This document shows positions 53,814 to 64,000 of a DNA stretch of 64,000 nucleotides, piece after piece. This stretch comes from Vicinamibacterales bacterium (GTDB lineage Bacteria; Acidobacteriota; Vicinamibacteria; Vicinamibacterales; UBA8438). A model generated the notes under the pieces. That model was not told where the DNA came from, did not search any database, and saw only the letters and a program-made list of their open reading frames with translations. Position 1 is the first letter of the stretch; each line of letters starts with the position of its first letter. Location: positions 3,382,215 through 3,446,214 of the forward strand of contig CBDBMV010000002.1 in NCBI GenBank assembly GCA_965207665.1. Direction: 5' to 3'. A program made the translations under genes and the position numbers.

Positions 53814-54887
53814 TCAGACCCTGGGCTCGAACGCCAGGAAGCGGCGCGGGTTGTCGACCAGGATCTTCCGTACCGTGCGCTCGGGAACGCCGGCGAACAG
53901 CAGCTTCGGCACGAACTGCATCAGCACCGTCGAGTAGCCGTTTCCGTAGTTCGCCTTCCAGTGGGTGCGGTTGCCCATGTCGGAGGAAAAGACGATGTGG
54001 TCCTCGAACCCGGCGTCGAGCAGATCCAGCACCATCTTCACCTTCTCGGTGGCCGGGATCTGCGAGCGGCTCATCTCGTGGCCGACGGTGTCGAGGCCGA
54101 CGAAGGCGCCGCGCCGCGCGATGGCGGAATGCGTCCCCAGCGGGTCGTCTTCCTGCTTGATGGTCGACATGTGGCCGATCACGAGATGGGCGAAGTCGAC
54201 GCCGACCGACTCGAAGTTGTCCATCTGCTCCATCGCACAGCTCGGACAGCTCTCGTGCGGCGTGTGGGTGAAGATCGGCAGCCCCGTGGCGACGTGCGCC
54301 CGGCCGATGGCGCGGTGGACCTTGCGCTCGTCCGGCCGCATCTGGAGCGACGAGCCGATCTCGCCGAAAGCGCCCCAGCGGCGGTCGGCGGCATCCTGCA
54401 AGAACTGCTCGTACAGCGCGTCCTCGCTCATTTCCACCACCGACACGGGATAGACCCGCATGCCGACGTCCTGCAGATAGCCACCGGCGCGCACGATGTG
54501 GACGTCCGTGCGTTCGGCCACCGCCTGCAGGTTGTCGAGCGACTCCTGCGGGCGTCGCTCGCCCGCCGAGTCGACCAGGCAGGCCACGCCGTCGGCGCCG
54601 GCGGAATCCACCTCGAAGAGCACCTCGTCCGGCTCGCCGCGCAGGTGCTCGTGCATCAGCGTCGCCCCGTTGGCGAGCTGTTCGGGATCCACGTCTCCCC
54701 GCAGGGTGCGAACGACGGCGCCGGCCGGAAAGTCGGGCGAGTCGGCGCTCGTGTACCGTATCTGCTGCGCGGCGCTGGCGCCGCCGCGGCAGCCGGCCGC
54801 GAGGCCCATGCCCGCGGTCGCGCCGAGCAGGCCGAGCGCCTCGCGGCGGGTAAGCCGCCCCTCAAGTGCCCGTCGGGTTGCGTCCAT
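53814..54887 (-). CDS. Phosphotriesterase-like (PTE/PLL) amidohydrolase with Tat-like signal
   Basis: Last 357 aa of ORF 53814..56120. MDATRRALEGRLTRREALGLLGATAG. TLMHEHL, GEIG, IFTHT, VIGHM, FSSD metal-ligand-like motifs. Confidence 0.75.
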   Translation of the reverse strand: MDATRRALEGRLTRREALGLLGATAGMGLAAGCRGGASAAQQIRYTSADSPDFPAGAVVRTLRGDVDPEQLANGATLMHEHLRGEPDEVLFEVDSAGADGVACLVDSAGERRPQESLDNLQAVAERTDVHIVRAGGYLQDVGMRVYPVSVVEMSEDALYEQFLQDAADRRWGAFGEIGSSLQMRPDERKVHRAIGRAHVATGLPIFTHTPHESCPSCAMEQMDNFESVGVDFAHLVIGHMSTIKQEDDPLGTHSAIARRGAFVGLDTVGHEMSRSQIPATEKVKMVLDLLDAGFEDHIVFSSDMGNRTHWKANYGNGYSTVLMQFVPKLLFAGVPERTVRKILVDNPRRFLAFEPRV

Positions 54888-54922
54888 GTCCACGCCCCCT
54901 CTCGTCAGGCTGCGGAGCCGCC

Positions 54923-56131
54923 TCAGCGGTCCGGATTGACCTCCTCGACGGGCGCGTCGGGCGCGCGCACCGTGCCGTCGCTCAGCCACTGCTCGGTCCG
55001 CTCGCGCAAGGCGGCGATCTCCGGCTCGCGCAGCTCGGCTGCTTCCTGCGCCGCCCGCATCGCGTAGTCCTCGTCGGCGCGGGCCGCGCTCAGGATGAAC
55101 GGCATGCCGTAGTTGCCCTCGTGGCAGCCCGACTGCAGCATCAGGAAGTCGTTGTCCAGAATCATGGGACGGAGCACGGTGTACGGCTCCACGTACACGC
55201 TCGGGTCGTCGGTGGTCATGCCGTACGCCAACTGGTCCGGCCCCAAACGCTCGTACGTTTCCACGCGGCGCAGCGTCTCGCCCGAGCCGAGGAAGAACGC
55301 GAGCGGGCGCCGCGACGGCAGGACGGGTCCCCCATCCTGCTTGTCGTTGAAGTTGGTGGTCTCGATGACGAGCTTGTCGCCCTCCCACCGCGCGCGCGAA
55401 TTGCCGAACCAGCCGCGGATCTTCGGCGACGCGTGCTCGCGTCCGTCGAGCGCCAGGAGCTGCGGGTACTGGAGGCCGTCGGGCAGAATCGCCACCCAGC
55501 CCGGGGACTGGATGATGCGCACCGTACCCTGCAGCCCCGTCGCCGCCTGCGGCCGCATGCAGCGCTCGTTGAGGTTGCGGTCTTCCCACGTATCGGCCTC
55601 GCCGCGGTGCGCGCGGGCTGCCTCGCGGGCTTCCACCCGATCGAGAAGCTCCTCCGTATACGGCGGGACCTGGCCGTGCGACGGCTCGACGATCAGCGAT
55701 GTGCGGGTCCAGCGCAGCGGGCCGGGCTCGCGAGGCTGCTCCATCCAGACGTTGTTGTACTCTTGGCCGTAGATGCCCGCCTCGATCGTGTTCTGCGTCC
55801 GCGCGACGTCGGCGGCGCTGCGGGGCCCGGCGTCGTCGTCGGCCGCGAGGGCGGCCTCGTAGCGCTCCCGCGCCTGCCGCTCCAGCTCGGCCACTTCGTC
55901 GTCGTTCAGGAACTCGCGCTCGCCGAACCGCGCCGGCCGCTGCCGCGGCGTGCCCGTGCTCTCGTTGGTCCAGATCCCCTGCAGATCGGGATCTCCCCAT
56001 GGCGTGCGCGGCGCGGTCCAATCCGATGACTGGCCGGCCGCGGTCCCCTGCACCACGCCCGGAAGGGCCATGGCCGAAACTACCGCCGCGGCGAACGCCA
56101 AGGTCGCTACAACAGGCCATCGAACTCGCAT
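54923..56131 (-). CDS. Secreted protein, uncharacterised family (paralog 2 of 3)
   Basis: Signal MRVRWPVVATLAFAAAVVSAMA. WGDPDLQGIWTN, ERCMRP, VRIIQSPGWVAILPD, ARWEGDKLVIETTNF, TDDPSVYVEPYT, CHEGNY. Confidence 0.75.
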   Translation of the reverse strand: MRVRWPVVATLAFAAAVVSAMALPGVVQGTAAGQSSDWTAPRTPWGDPDLQGIWTNESTGTPRQRPARFGEREFLNDDEVAELERQARERYEAALAADDDAGPRSAADVARTQNTIEAGIYGQEYNNVWMEQPREPGPLRWTRTSLIVEPSHGQVPPYTEELLDRVEAREAARAHRGEADTWEDRNLNERCMRPQAATGLQGTVRIIQSPGWVAILPDGLQYPQLLALDGREHASPKIRGWFGNSRARWEGDKLVIETTNFNDKQDGGPVLPSRRPLAFFLGSGETLRRVETYERLGPDQLAYGMTTDDPSVYVEPYTVLRPMILDNDFLMLQSGCHEGNYGMPFILSAARADEDYAMRAAQEAAELREPEIAALRERTEQWLSDGTVRAPDAPVEEVNPDR

Positions 56132-56256
56132 CGTGAATCTCCTCTATATCTTCTATATCTTGGGGCTGCGCCCCAAACCCCCGGCGGCTGCTAGCGGGGA
56201 CCCCACCGCCCCGCGCCGCGCCGCCGGGCCGCGCCGTGCGCGGCCTAGCGCCAGCA

Positions 56257-57078
56257 TTACTCGCTGCCCGGCTTCGTCAGGTGTCCCCACATCGTCTCCT
56301 CGACGAACTCCACGCAGTTGAACTCCAGGATCTCGGCGTCGGGCTCGAGGCGGCGGTAGATCGGCATGCTGATCGTCCACGGCCCGGTGAACACGTTCTC
56401 GTCCTCGAGCGTCGCCTCGTACTGCAGCGCGTCGGGGCTGATCAGCGTGATGCGCTCCACGACCCGCAGCGCCGGGCTGTGGAAGTTGCCGGCCCGGTCG
56501 AGCCAGGTCTGGTCGGTGAACGTATTCGACTCGATGACGAGCGTGTCGCCTTCCCAGCGGCCGACCGAGTGCCCCATGTAGGTGTCGATGGGCGGTGGCT
56601 CGACGTCCGTCATGTAGACCGAACGGGTCGCGCCGATGTACTCGGATGCGATCAGGATGAAGTCGGGACTCTGGACGATCTGGAACGGGAAAGGCATGTA
56701 CATGACGCGCGGCACGCCGGGGAGATAGCACTTGATCTCCGGATCCGCCGTCAGCCACTGCTCCTGGTGCTCCTGCCTTTGGGCGAGCGCCGCCTCCGTG
56801 TAGGGAATCTCCCCGCCCTGCACCACCGACTTGCCGGCCGGTATCGCGCCGACGGCTCCCAGCGGGACCGCGGCGCCGGCACGCGCGGAATGGGCCTCCA
56901 GGTCCCAGTGGGCCGTGTTGTTGGTCTGCCAGATGCCGTTCAGGTCCGGCCGGTCGTCATGGGTGCGCGGCAGCGCCGACGCCGCGCCGCCCGCGTCATC
57001 CCCCGGCGCGCACGCTAGCGTGCCGGCAAGCACGGTCGCGGCCAGCAGAACTACCGGGGCTCCAATCAGCATTCGCAT
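56257..57078 (-). CDS. Probable lipoprotein, same uncharacterised family (paralog 3 of 3)
   Basis: ATG 57078 gives [23 protein letters not shown] (lipobox-like). [62 protein letters not shown]. Confidence 0.7.
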   Translation of the reverse strand: MRMLIGAPVVLLAATVLAGTLACAPGDDAGGAASALPRTHDDRPDLNGIWQTNNTAHWDLEAHSARAGAAVPLGAVGAIPAGKSVVQGGEIPYTEAALAQRQEHQEQWLTADPEIKCYLPGVPRVMYMPFPFQIVQSPDFILIASEYIGATRSVYMTDVEPPPIDTYMGHSVGRWEGDTLVIESNTFTDQTWLDRAGNFHSPALRVVERITLISPDALQYEATLEDENVFTGPWTISMPIYRRLEPDAEILEFNCVEFVEETMWGHLTKPGSE

Positions 57079-57212
57079 CGCACGTCTCCAGGCTGGTCCC
57101 GCGGTTGTGCTCGCCGCGAATCGCGGCGCGGGTTGCACCGCATTCTAATACAGCGGGGCTTTCGCCACGGACTGTTAAGCTATCGGCGGTCAGTCACGCA
57201 GCGGGAGGACGT

Positions 57213-59393
57213 ATGAGCGAGCGGGTCGAGGTCGGAGGTCTCAAGGTCGACAGGTTGCTGTACGACTTCATCAACGACGAGGCGCTGCCCGGCACCGGCG
57301 TGGCGGCGGACGCGTTCTGGGCCGGCTTCGACCGGCTGATCAACGGCCTGGGGCCGCGCAACCGGGCGCTGCTCGCCAAGCGCGACAACCTCCAGCGGCG
57401 CATCGACGCGTGGTACCGCGAGACCCGTGACCAGCCCATCGACCTTCCGGAGTACAAGGCCGTCCTGCGCGAGATCGGCTATCTGGTTCCGGAGGGCGAC
57501 GATTTCGCGGTCGGCACGGCGAACGTCGACCCGGAAATCGCGACCATCGCCGGGCCGCAGCTCGTGGTGCCCATCACGAACGCGCGCTACGCGCTCAATG
57601 CCGCCAACGCCCGTTGGGGCAGCCTGTACGACGCCCTGTACGGCACCGATGCAATTCCCGAAGACCGCGGCGCCGAGCGCGGCAGCGGCTACAACGCGGT
57701 GCGCGGCGCGCGGGTCATTGCCCACGCGCGGCAGTTTCTCGACGAGGTCGTGCCGCTGGTGGACGGCAGCCACGCGGACGCCGCGTCCTACGCCGTTGCT
57801 GGCGGCGCGCTTGTCGTGGCGCTCGCCGACGGCAGCGTGACGGGCCTGGCCGATCCTGCGAAACTGGCCGGCTACCGCGGTGCGGCGGACGCCCCCTCGT
57901 CCGTCCTGCTGGTCAACAACGGCCTCCACATCGACATCGTCATCGACCGCAGCCACCCGGTCGGCCGCGACGACGGCGCCGGCATCCGCGACATCGTGCT
58001 GGAAGCGGCGACGACGACCATCATGGACCTCGAAGACTCGGTCTCCACCGTCGACGCCGAGGACAAGGTGCTGGCGTACCGCAACTGGCTCGGCCTGATC
58101 AAGGGCACGCTGACGGCGAGCTTCGAGAAGGGCGGAAGAACGGTCGATCGCGCCATGAACGCCGACCGCGTGTACACCGCGCCGGACGGCGGCGAGCTGC
58201 GGCTGCCCGGCATCAGCCTGATGCTGATCCGCAACGTGGGCCACCTGATGACGAACCCGGCGATTCTCGACCGGGACGGCAACGAGGCCTACGAGGGGAT
58301 CATCGACGCCATGATCTCCTCGGTGATCGCCGTTCACGATCTCGAGAGCCGCCGCAACAGCCGCGCGGGCTCCATCTACATCGTCAAGCCGAAGATGCAC
58401 GGACCGGAGGAAGTGGCGTTCTGCGACGAGACCCTCGGGCAGGTGGAAGACATCCTCGGGATCCCGCGCTACACGATCAAGATCGGCATCATGGACGAGG
58501 AGCGGCGGACGACGGTGAACCTGAAGGAGTGCGTGCGCGCCGCCATGGACCGCGTGTTCTTCATCAACACCGGCTTCCTGGATCGCACCGGCGACGAGAT
58601 GCACACCGCCATGGAAGCCGGGCCCATGATCCGCAAGAAGGAGATGAAGACCGCCGACTGGATGGTCACCTACGAGGACTGGAACGTCGATATCGGACTG
58701 GAGACCGGCCTGCCGGGACACGCCCAGATCGGCAAGGGCATGTGGGCCATGCCCGACCTGATGGCGGACATGCTGCAGGTCAAGATCGGCCATCCGCAAC
58801 AGGGCGCGAACACCGCCTGGGTGCCCTCCCCCACCGCCGCCACGCTGCACGCGACGCACTATCACCAGGTGGACGTCGCCGCGCGGCAGGCCGCGCTGCG
58901 GTCGCGGCCGCGCGCCGATCTCGACAGGATCCTGACCATTCCGCGCGAAGAGAACCCCGACTGGTCGCCGGAGGAGATCCAGCAGGAGCTCGACAACAAC
59001 GCCCAGGGCATCCTGGGCTACGTCGTGCGCTGGGTCGAGCAGGGGATCGGCTGCTCGAAGGTGCCCGACATCAACAACGTCGGGCTCATGGAAGACCGCG
59101 CCACGCTGCGCATTTCAAGCCAGCACATCTGCAACTGGCTGCACCACGGCATCTGCACCGAGGCGCAAGTGCGCGCGACGCTGCAGCGCATGGCGGCCGT
59201 GGTCGACGGCCAGAACGCGGGCGATCCGCACTACCGGCCGATGGCGCCGGACGTCGACGACAGCGTCGCCTTCCAGGCCGCCTGCGACCTCATCTTCAAG
59301 GGCCGCGAGCAGCCCAGCGGCTATACGGAGCCCATCCTCCACGCGCGGCGGCAGGAGGCGAAGGCGAAGCTCGGCGCAGGCGGTCCGGCTTGA
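57213..59393 (+). CDS. glcB: Malate synthase G
   Basis: GGGAGG before ATG 57213. 726 aa. [29 protein letters not shown]..., [56 protein letters not shown]. Confidence 0.95.
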   Translation: MSERVEVGGLKVDRLLYDFINDEALPGTGVAADAFWAGFDRLINGLGPRNRALLAKRDNLQRRIDAWYRETRDQPIDLPEYKAVLREIGYLVPEGDDFAVGTANVDPEIATIAGPQLVVPITNARYALNAANARWGSLYDALYGTDAIPEDRGAERGSGYNAVRGARVIAHARQFLDEVVPLVDGSHADAASYAVAGGALVVALADGSVTGLADPAKLAGYRGAADAPSSVLLVNNGLHIDIVIDRSHPVGRDDGAGIRDIVLEAATTTIMDLEDSVSTVDAEDKVLAYRNWLGLIKGTLTASFEKGGRTVDRAMNADRVYTAPDGGELRLPGISLMLIRNVGHLMTNPAILDRDGNEAYEGIIDAMISSVIAVHDLESRRNSRAGSIYIVKPKMHGPEEVAFCDETLGQVEDILGIPRYTIKIGIMDEERRTTVNLKECVRAAMDRVFFINTGFLDRTGDEMHTAMEAGPMIRKKEMKTADWMVTYEDWNVDIGLETGLPGHAQIGKGMWAMPDLMADMLQVKIGHPQQGANTAWVPSPTAATLHATHYHQVDVAARQAALRSRPRADLDRILTIPREENPDWSPEEIQQELDNNAQGILGYVVRWVEQGIGCSKVPDINNVGLMEDRATLRISSQHICNWLHHGICTEAQVRATLQRMAAVVDGQNAGDPHYRPMAPDVDDSVAFQAACDLIFKGREQPSGYTEPILHARRQEAKAKLGAGGPA

Positions 59394-59406
59394 CTCCCGC
59401 TCGCCG

Positions 59407-59730
59407 ATGCGCCTTACTGGAATGACAGGCATGTCTGGTCCGTGCTGTTCAGGAAAGCCGACGCGGCCGATCGCTTGGGCGGCCCTGGCGCTGGCGTGCG
59501 CCCTGCTGGCGCTCGGCCCGTTCCTGCACGAACATGACGATGGGCATGCGGGCGCCAACCACGACCACTGCGTGGTCTGCTGCCTTCAACACCACTTTTC
59601 CGTAACGACGACAACGGCGCCCGCACCGGCGGCGCCGGATCTCGCGACCCACGCTGCCGGCCCGAGCCACCAACAGAGCGGCTGGGGGGCACCGTGCCCC
59701 ACACAGGCGACGCGGGGACCACCCGCCTGA
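59407..59730 (+). CDS. Small membrane-anchored His/Cys-rich protein (DUF2946-like, tentative)
   Basis: TM IAWAALALACALLALGPFL, then HEHDDGHAGANHDHCVVCCLQHH. Lies directly upstream of the TonB-dependent receptor. Three in-frame ATGs (59407, 59422, 59431). Confidence 0.4.
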   Translation: MRLTGMTGMSGPCCSGKPTRPIAWAALALACALLALGPFLHEHDDGHAGANHDHCVVCCLQHHFSVTTTTAPAPAAPDLATHAAGPSHQQSGWGAPCPTQATRGPPA

Positions 59731-59865
59731 CATCTCTCCCATCACGTTGACGTCGCGGCCGCACCCTCGGGATCGGCTGCGCCGCCATCTTTCCGAATCT
59801 TCCAGCTCGGCTGGAGTCGTGCGGCCCGCCCGCGAGACAGCGGCGGCCGTGGGAGGAGATGTTCC

Positions 59866-62310
59866 ATGCGTATTCGTCATCGCGCCGCGGCCGCGGCGCT
59901 TGCCTTGAGCGTGTTCGTAACTGTTGGAGCGTTGCATCCGAAGCGGGCCTTCGGGATGGAGGAGACCGGCTCGATCCAGGGAATGGTCGTGGCCGCGGAC
60001 GGCGGCGCGCCGCTGCCGGCCGCGCGCGTGGTCCTGGACGGCACCGGCCTGTCGGCCACCACCGGCGCCGACGGCGCGTTCGCCATCGACGACGTCACCG
60101 CCGGTGCGTATCGGCTGACGGTAACTCGGGAAGCCTTCGCGGAGCTCGCGCTGCCGGTGACGGTGGTGGCCGGAGAACCCGTGCTTCTCGACCTGCGGCT
60201 CGCGGTGCTGCAGTTCGAGGAAAGCGTCGTGGTGACCGCGACGCAGACCGAGCGGGCGGTCACCGAGGTCGCGTCCAGCGTCACCATTCTCGACGCGGAT
60301 ACCATCGAGGCGTCGTCGGCGCGCAACCTGCAGGACCTGCTGCGCAGGACGCCGGGCTTCGATCTGGCGGAGACCTCCGGCATGGCGGCCCGCGCCAACT
60401 CGTCGCTCGTCATACGCGGCGTCCCCGGCACCAAGCGGGCCCTGTTCCTGGTGGACGGGATGCCGGCCAACGATCTGGGCCACGGCAGCCTGGCCGGGCT
60501 GAGCCTCGTACCGGTGGAATCGCTGGAGCGCGCCGAGGTGGTCCGCGGGCCGTTCTCGAGCCTCTACGGCGCCAACGCCTTCTCCGGCGCCATCAACGCC
60601 ATCACCCGGCCCGGCGCAGGCCCGCCCGCCGCCGACTTCTTCGCCAGCGGGGGCTCGGCCGGCTACTACCAGCTCGGGACCTCGGTGCGCGGGGAATCCG
60701 GTCCCGTCGCCTATTCCGTCACCGCGGATCGGCGCAAGATCGACAACGTCTACAACCGCGACAGCCGCACGGTGCCGGGGTTCGGCGGCATGCCGCCGCG
60801 GGAGGTCCCGCTGCAGAACGTCGGCTACGACGACATGCGGATGATGGGCCGGCTGGACTTCTCCGTCTCCGACGCGTGGCGCGTGTCGCTGCTGCCGCGC
60901 ATCTCCCGCTACGAGACGGGCCTCGACCTGTCGTCCCGGCTGCCCGTCGCGGCCGAGGAGCACAAGCGGGACACCTCGCTGAACCTCGGCGGCATCGTGC
61001 GCTATGCCGGGACCGGCGCGCTGTCCGCGCAGATCCGGACGAGCTACCGCTACTCCACCCAGCGTCTCTTCCAGGAGAATTTCACTCTCGCCCCGACGCG
61101 GCAGACAACCATTATCGACCCGCCCGGACCGGCCGTAGTCGAGTCGGTGACGCGCGGCGTGTTTCCGTTCGCGGCGCTCACCGGGCAGGACACCGACTTC
61201 TACAGCCTGCTCGTGGAGCCGCAGCTCACCTGGGCGCCGAACCTCGAGCACACTGTCGTCTTCGGAGCGAGCTACACGCGTGAGCACGGCGCGTTCGGCG
61301 ACAGCACCATCGCAGACGGTTCGAACCTGCTCGGCTCGGACGCGACGCTCGCGCGGATTGCGGCCGGCATTCAGGCGGGCATGGCCAGGGGCGGCGTGCC
61401 CAACCCGAGCGTCACGCTGGTGCGCGATCCGGCGATCGGCGCCGTCTTCCCCCTGTCGCGGGGCCAGCGGGAGCAGTTCGACATCTTCTCCGCGTACGTG
61501 CAGGACGAGTGGGCGCTGGCCGACGGGCTGCGGCTGGTCCCCGGCGTGCGCTTCGACCACCACTCCGTGTTCGGAGCGGTCGGCTCGCCGAAGGTGTCGC
61601 TGCTGTACGCCGTGACGCCGACAACGCGGGTGCGCACGTCCGCCGGCCGCGCCTTCCGCGCGCCAAGCCTGTTCGAGCTGTTCGGCAACGTCGTCTTCCA
61701 CGGGCCCATTCCCGGACTGCCGAACCCGGATCTGGAGCCCGAGCACATCACCTCGTTCGACGCCGGGATCCAGCACGAGGTGAGCCGCGCGTTCCGGGCG
61801 GAGATGAACGTCTTCCACAACGACATGACGGATCTCATCCAGCTCACCGTCTCGCCGCAGCGCGACCACTTCGACTGGGTCAACGTGGCCGAGGCGCGCT
61901 CGACCGGCCTGGAGCTGGTGGCGAACGGCGACGCGACGTCGTGGCTGGGCTACTACACCAACTACTCGTACACGGACAGCGAGGACCGCGCGACCGGCAA
62001 CGCGCTGGCCCTGGTGCCGCGGCACAAGGTCAACGCGGGACTCCAGTTGGGAGCCGAGCTGGGGTCGTGGCGCCTGACCGGTTCGATCGACCAGCGCTGG
62101 GTCGGCACGCGCACGCAGAGCTCGTCGGGCGTCCCGGTGCTGCTGGACGAATACGCCCGCACCGATCTTGCGCTCTTCCTGCACCCGAACGACGACCTGC
62201 GCGTGGGCGTGCACGTGCTGAACGTGACGGACGCCGACTACCAGGAGACCGCGGCGAGCCCGACGCTCGGCCGTCTCGTCTCGATGAGCCTGACGGTGAC
62301 GCCGTTCTAG
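59866..62310 (+). CDS. TonB-dependent receptor with N-terminal carboxypeptidase-regulatory-like domain
   Basis: GGGAGGAG RBS. Signal peptide. GSIQGMVVAADGGAPLPAARVVLDGTGLSATTGADGAFAI. Plug VVVTATQTERAVTEVASSVTILDADTIE..VIRGVPG. Beta-barrel ending SMSLTVTPF. Confidence 0.9.
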   Translation: MRIRHRAAAAALALSVFVTVGALHPKRAFGMEETGSIQGMVVAADGGAPLPAARVVLDGTGLSATTGADGAFAIDDVTAGAYRLTVTREAFAELALPVTVVAGEPVLLDLRLAVLQFEESVVVTATQTERAVTEVASSVTILDADTIEASSARNLQDLLRRTPGFDLAETSGMAARANSSLVIRGVPGTKRALFLVDGMPANDLGHGSLAGLSLVPVESLERAEVVRGPFSSLYGANAFSGAINAITRPGAGPPAADFFASGGSAGYYQLGTSVRGESGPVAYSVTADRRKIDNVYNRDSRTVPGFGGMPPREVPLQNVGYDDMRMMGRLDFSVSDAWRVSLLPRISRYETGLDLSSRLPVAAEEHKRDTSLNLGGIVRYAGTGALSAQIRTSYRYSTQRLFQENFTLAPTRQTTIIDPPGPAVVESVTRGVFPFAALTGQDTDFYSLLVEPQLTWAPNLEHTVVFGASYTREHGAFGDSTIADGSNLLGSDATLARIAAGIQAGMARGGVPNPSVTLVRDPAIGAVFPLSRGQREQFDIFSAYVQDEWALADGLRLVPGVRFDHHSVFGAVGSPKVSLLYAVTPTTRVRTSAGRAFRAPSLFELFGNVVFHGPIPGLPNPDLEPEHITSFDAGIQHEVSRAFRAEMNVFHNDMTDLIQLTVSPQRDHFDWVNVAEARSTGLELVANGDATSWLGYYTNYSYTDSEDRATGNALALVPRHKVNAGLQLGAELGSWRLTGSIDQRWVGTRTQSSSGVPVLLDEYARTDLALFLHPNDDLRVGVHVLNVTDADYQETAASPTLGRLVSMSLTVTPF

Positions 62311-62320
62311 AGGAGACCCG

Positions 62321-64000
62321 ATGACTGCCAGGACAGAACCGACACGGGTGCGGACCCGGCTGGCGGGCCTGTGGTCCCATCGCAAGCGGATCGCGGCGGC
62401 CCTGCTCGCGGCGGCGGTGCTCTGGGGCGGCTTCGCCGCCTACCAGCGCCATCTCGCGGTGACTCGGGTCGCCTTCGTCAACTTCCCCGGCTTCCAGCTC
62501 GCCCGCATCGAGCGGGCGCGCCCGAGCGGGGCCGTGCGCGTCGAGTCGCTGGACCTGGCGGCGCTGGAGCGGGCCGCCGACTACCCGGTCGTCTACGTGT
62601 TCGGACGCGGCCTGCAGCTCGAAGAGGCGCAGCTCGCGCACCTGCGCGAGGCCGGCCGCCGCGGTGCGCGCCTCTTCGTGCAGGGGGCCACGAACCCGAC
62701 GCTCGACGTCACCAACCTGCGCGGCCCGCAACTCGACGCGGCCAATGCCTACCTCGAGTTCGGAGGCGCCGAGAACTACGCCCGGCTGCTCAACTTCTCG
62801 CGCGTGGAGCTCGACGGCAAGTCGTTCCGCTCGGACCCGGTGCAACCCCCGGTCGAACGTTCCATGGACGTGCTGTTCCACCTGGACGACGACCTGACGT
62901 TCGAGAGCGTCGACGCGTTCGACGCCTACTACGCCGCGCAGGGACTGGCCAAGGCCGGCGCGGCGAAGATCGCCCTGCTCACGAGCGTGCCCGGTCCGTT
63001 CAACGCGAACCGGGATCACGTCGACGCCTTCATCAGCGCGCTCGAAGGCCGCGCGTGGAACGTCTACCCGGTTGCCGCCGTCGAGAAGCGCCTCGACTTC
63101 CTGCAGCAGATTGCGCCCGATCTCGTGGTGGTCATGCCGCACGGGCGACTCACCCTGGGGCGCGCCGACGAGGCAATCGCCTGGCTGCGGGAGCGCGACG
63201 TCCCCATGCTGACGCCCGTGTCGGTGTTCCAGAACCACGACGACTGGGTGAGCGATCAGCAGGGCATGGCCGGCGCCATGCTCACGATGAGCGTCGTCCT
63301 GCCGGAACTCGATGGCGGCGTGGCGCCCTACGCGGTGGCGGCGCAGTTCACCGACGCGGACGGCTACGAGATCTTCGACGCGGTGCCGGCGCGCCTCGAG
63401 ACGTTCTGCGACCTCGTCGAGCGCTGGCTGGCGCTGAAGGCGAAGCCCAACCGCGACAAGCGCGTGGCCATCTACTACTACAAGGGGCCCGGCAAGAACG
63501 CCATGAACGCCGGCAGCATGGAAGTGGCGCCGAGCCTGCTGAACCTGCTGCGGGCGCTGCGCGACGCCGGGTACACGGTCGAGGGACTCCCCGAGACCGA
63601 CGACGAGTTCTGGGAGCTCGTCCAGACGAAGGGACCGGTGCTCGGACCGTACGCGCGCGGCGCGTTCGAGGAGTTCGTGGCCACCGGGGATCCGGCGCTG
63701 GTGCCGGCCGGCGAGTACGCCGCGTGGGTGGCGGAGGATCTCGAGCCGGGCATGCGCGACGCCGTCGTCGAGCAGTACGGCCCCGCCCCGGGCGAGTACA
63801 TGACGGTCGGCCAGGGCGAGGAAACCGCGCTGGCCGTCGCCCGCGTGCAGTTCGGCAACGTCGTCATCCTGCCGCAGCCCCTGCCGGGCGTCGGCGACGA
63901 CACGTTCCGGCTGGTGCACGGCGCGCAGAAGGCGCCGCCGCACCCCTACGTGGCCTCCTACCTGTGGACCCGCAACGCCTTCGGGGCCGACGCCGTCATG
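62321..64000 (+). CDS. CobN/Mg-chelatase-H-family protein with N-terminal TM anchor, 3' end beyond window
   Basis: Not in the track (no stop before the window end). AGGAG then ATG 62321; 560 codons stay open. KIALLTSVPGPFNANRDHVDAFISALEGRAWNVYPV, RVAIYYYKGPGKNAMNAGSMEVAPSLLNLLRALRDAGYTV, FGNVVILPQPLPG. Confidence 0.8.
   Translation, partial: MTARTEPTRVRTRLAGLWSHRKRIAAALLAAAVLWGGFAAYQRHLAVTRVAFVNFPGFQLARIERARPSGAVRVESLDLAALERAADYPVVYVFGRGLQLEEAQLAHLREAGRRGARLFVQGATNPTLDVTNLRGPQLDAANAYLEFGGAENYARLLNFSRVELDGKSFRSDPVQPPVERSMDVLFHLDDDLTFESVDAFDAYYAAQGLAKAGAAKIALLTSVPGPFNANRDHVDAFISALEGRAWNVYPVAAVEKRLDFLQQIAPDLVVVMPHGRLTLGRADEAIAWLRERDVPMLTPVSVFQNHDDWVSDQQGMAGAMLTMSVVLPELDGGVAPYAVAAQFTDADGYEIFDAVPARLETFCDLVERWLALKAKPNRDKRVAIYYYKGPGKNAMNAGSMEVAPSLLNLLRALRDAGYTVEGLPETDDEFWELVQTKGPVLGPYARGAFEEFVATGDPALVPAGEYAAWVAEDLEPGMRDAVVEQYGPAPGEYMTVGQGEETALAVARVQFGNVVILPQPLPGVGDDTFRLVHGAQKAPPHPYVASYLWTRNAFGADAVM

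Noticed and set aside
59394-59865. Cobalamin riboswitch upstream of the TonB receptor/CobN-like genes
   Set aside because: I could not find the conserved B12-box-like core or the usual GGGAA...GGTG...GCCACTG-type elements by eye. This needs an Rfam/Infernal scan to be definitive.

Overview
High-GC bacterial DNA (hand-counted 60-nt lines give about 70-75% G+C over most of the window), in three parts.

(1) 1 to ~37.1 kb is most of a conjugative element; its left end runs off the window. A ~31 kb, nearly gap-free minus-strand gene array has many 1-7 nt stop/start overlaps. It encodes:
- a RepB-like primase and ArdC-N-like proteins;
- two winged-helix 'replication-relaxation'-like proteins;
- a full VirB/VirD4-type type IV secretion system (B2, B3, B4, two B9, B10, B6, B8, D4, B11);
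- several large orphan proteins;
- a TopA-like type IA topoisomerase.

Next come a repeat-rich 0.77 kb divergent intergenic region, parA plus an RHH partition gene, iterons, a RepA_C-family initiator and an AlpA/Xis-like HTH gene. I recognised no canonical relaxase, integrase, tRNA or att site, so ICE versus plasmid/chromid is unresolved.

(2) ~37.1 to 45.4 kb is a mosaic that is partly much lower in GC (~52-58% in sampled lines) and is bracketed by two diverged 154-bp direct repeats. It holds:
- an IS21 istA 5' fragment;
- a small 4-TM protein;
- an ATGA-coupled DNA methyltransferase plus a GHKL-ATPase/PD-(D/E)xK nuclease fusion, my best candidate for a poorly described defence/R-M-like system;
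- a convergent EEP-family nuclease.

(3) 45.4 to 64 kb looks chromosomal. It holds:
- three paralogs of an uncharacterised secreted protein family;
- a PQQ-dependent dehydrogenase, a Tat-signal protein and a Tat-signal phosphotriesterase-like hydrolase;
- a DUF222-HNH gene and an orphan RHH ORF behind a 20-bp tandem repeat;
- DinB-like and YciI-like genes;
- malate synthase G;
- a His/Cys-rich small protein, a TonB-dependent receptor and a CobN-like protein that is open at the window end.

The diderm T4SS parts and the CarboxypepD_reg-type TonB receptor suggest a Gram-negative host. An Acidobacteriota- or Gemmatimonadota-like origin is only a guess.

All calls come from reading motifs in the supplied translations and from my own translation of frames absent from the track (topA, cobN-like). 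No database search was possible. Most ORF-track entries are Arg/Ala/Pro-rich shadow frames typical of high-GC DNA and were discarded.
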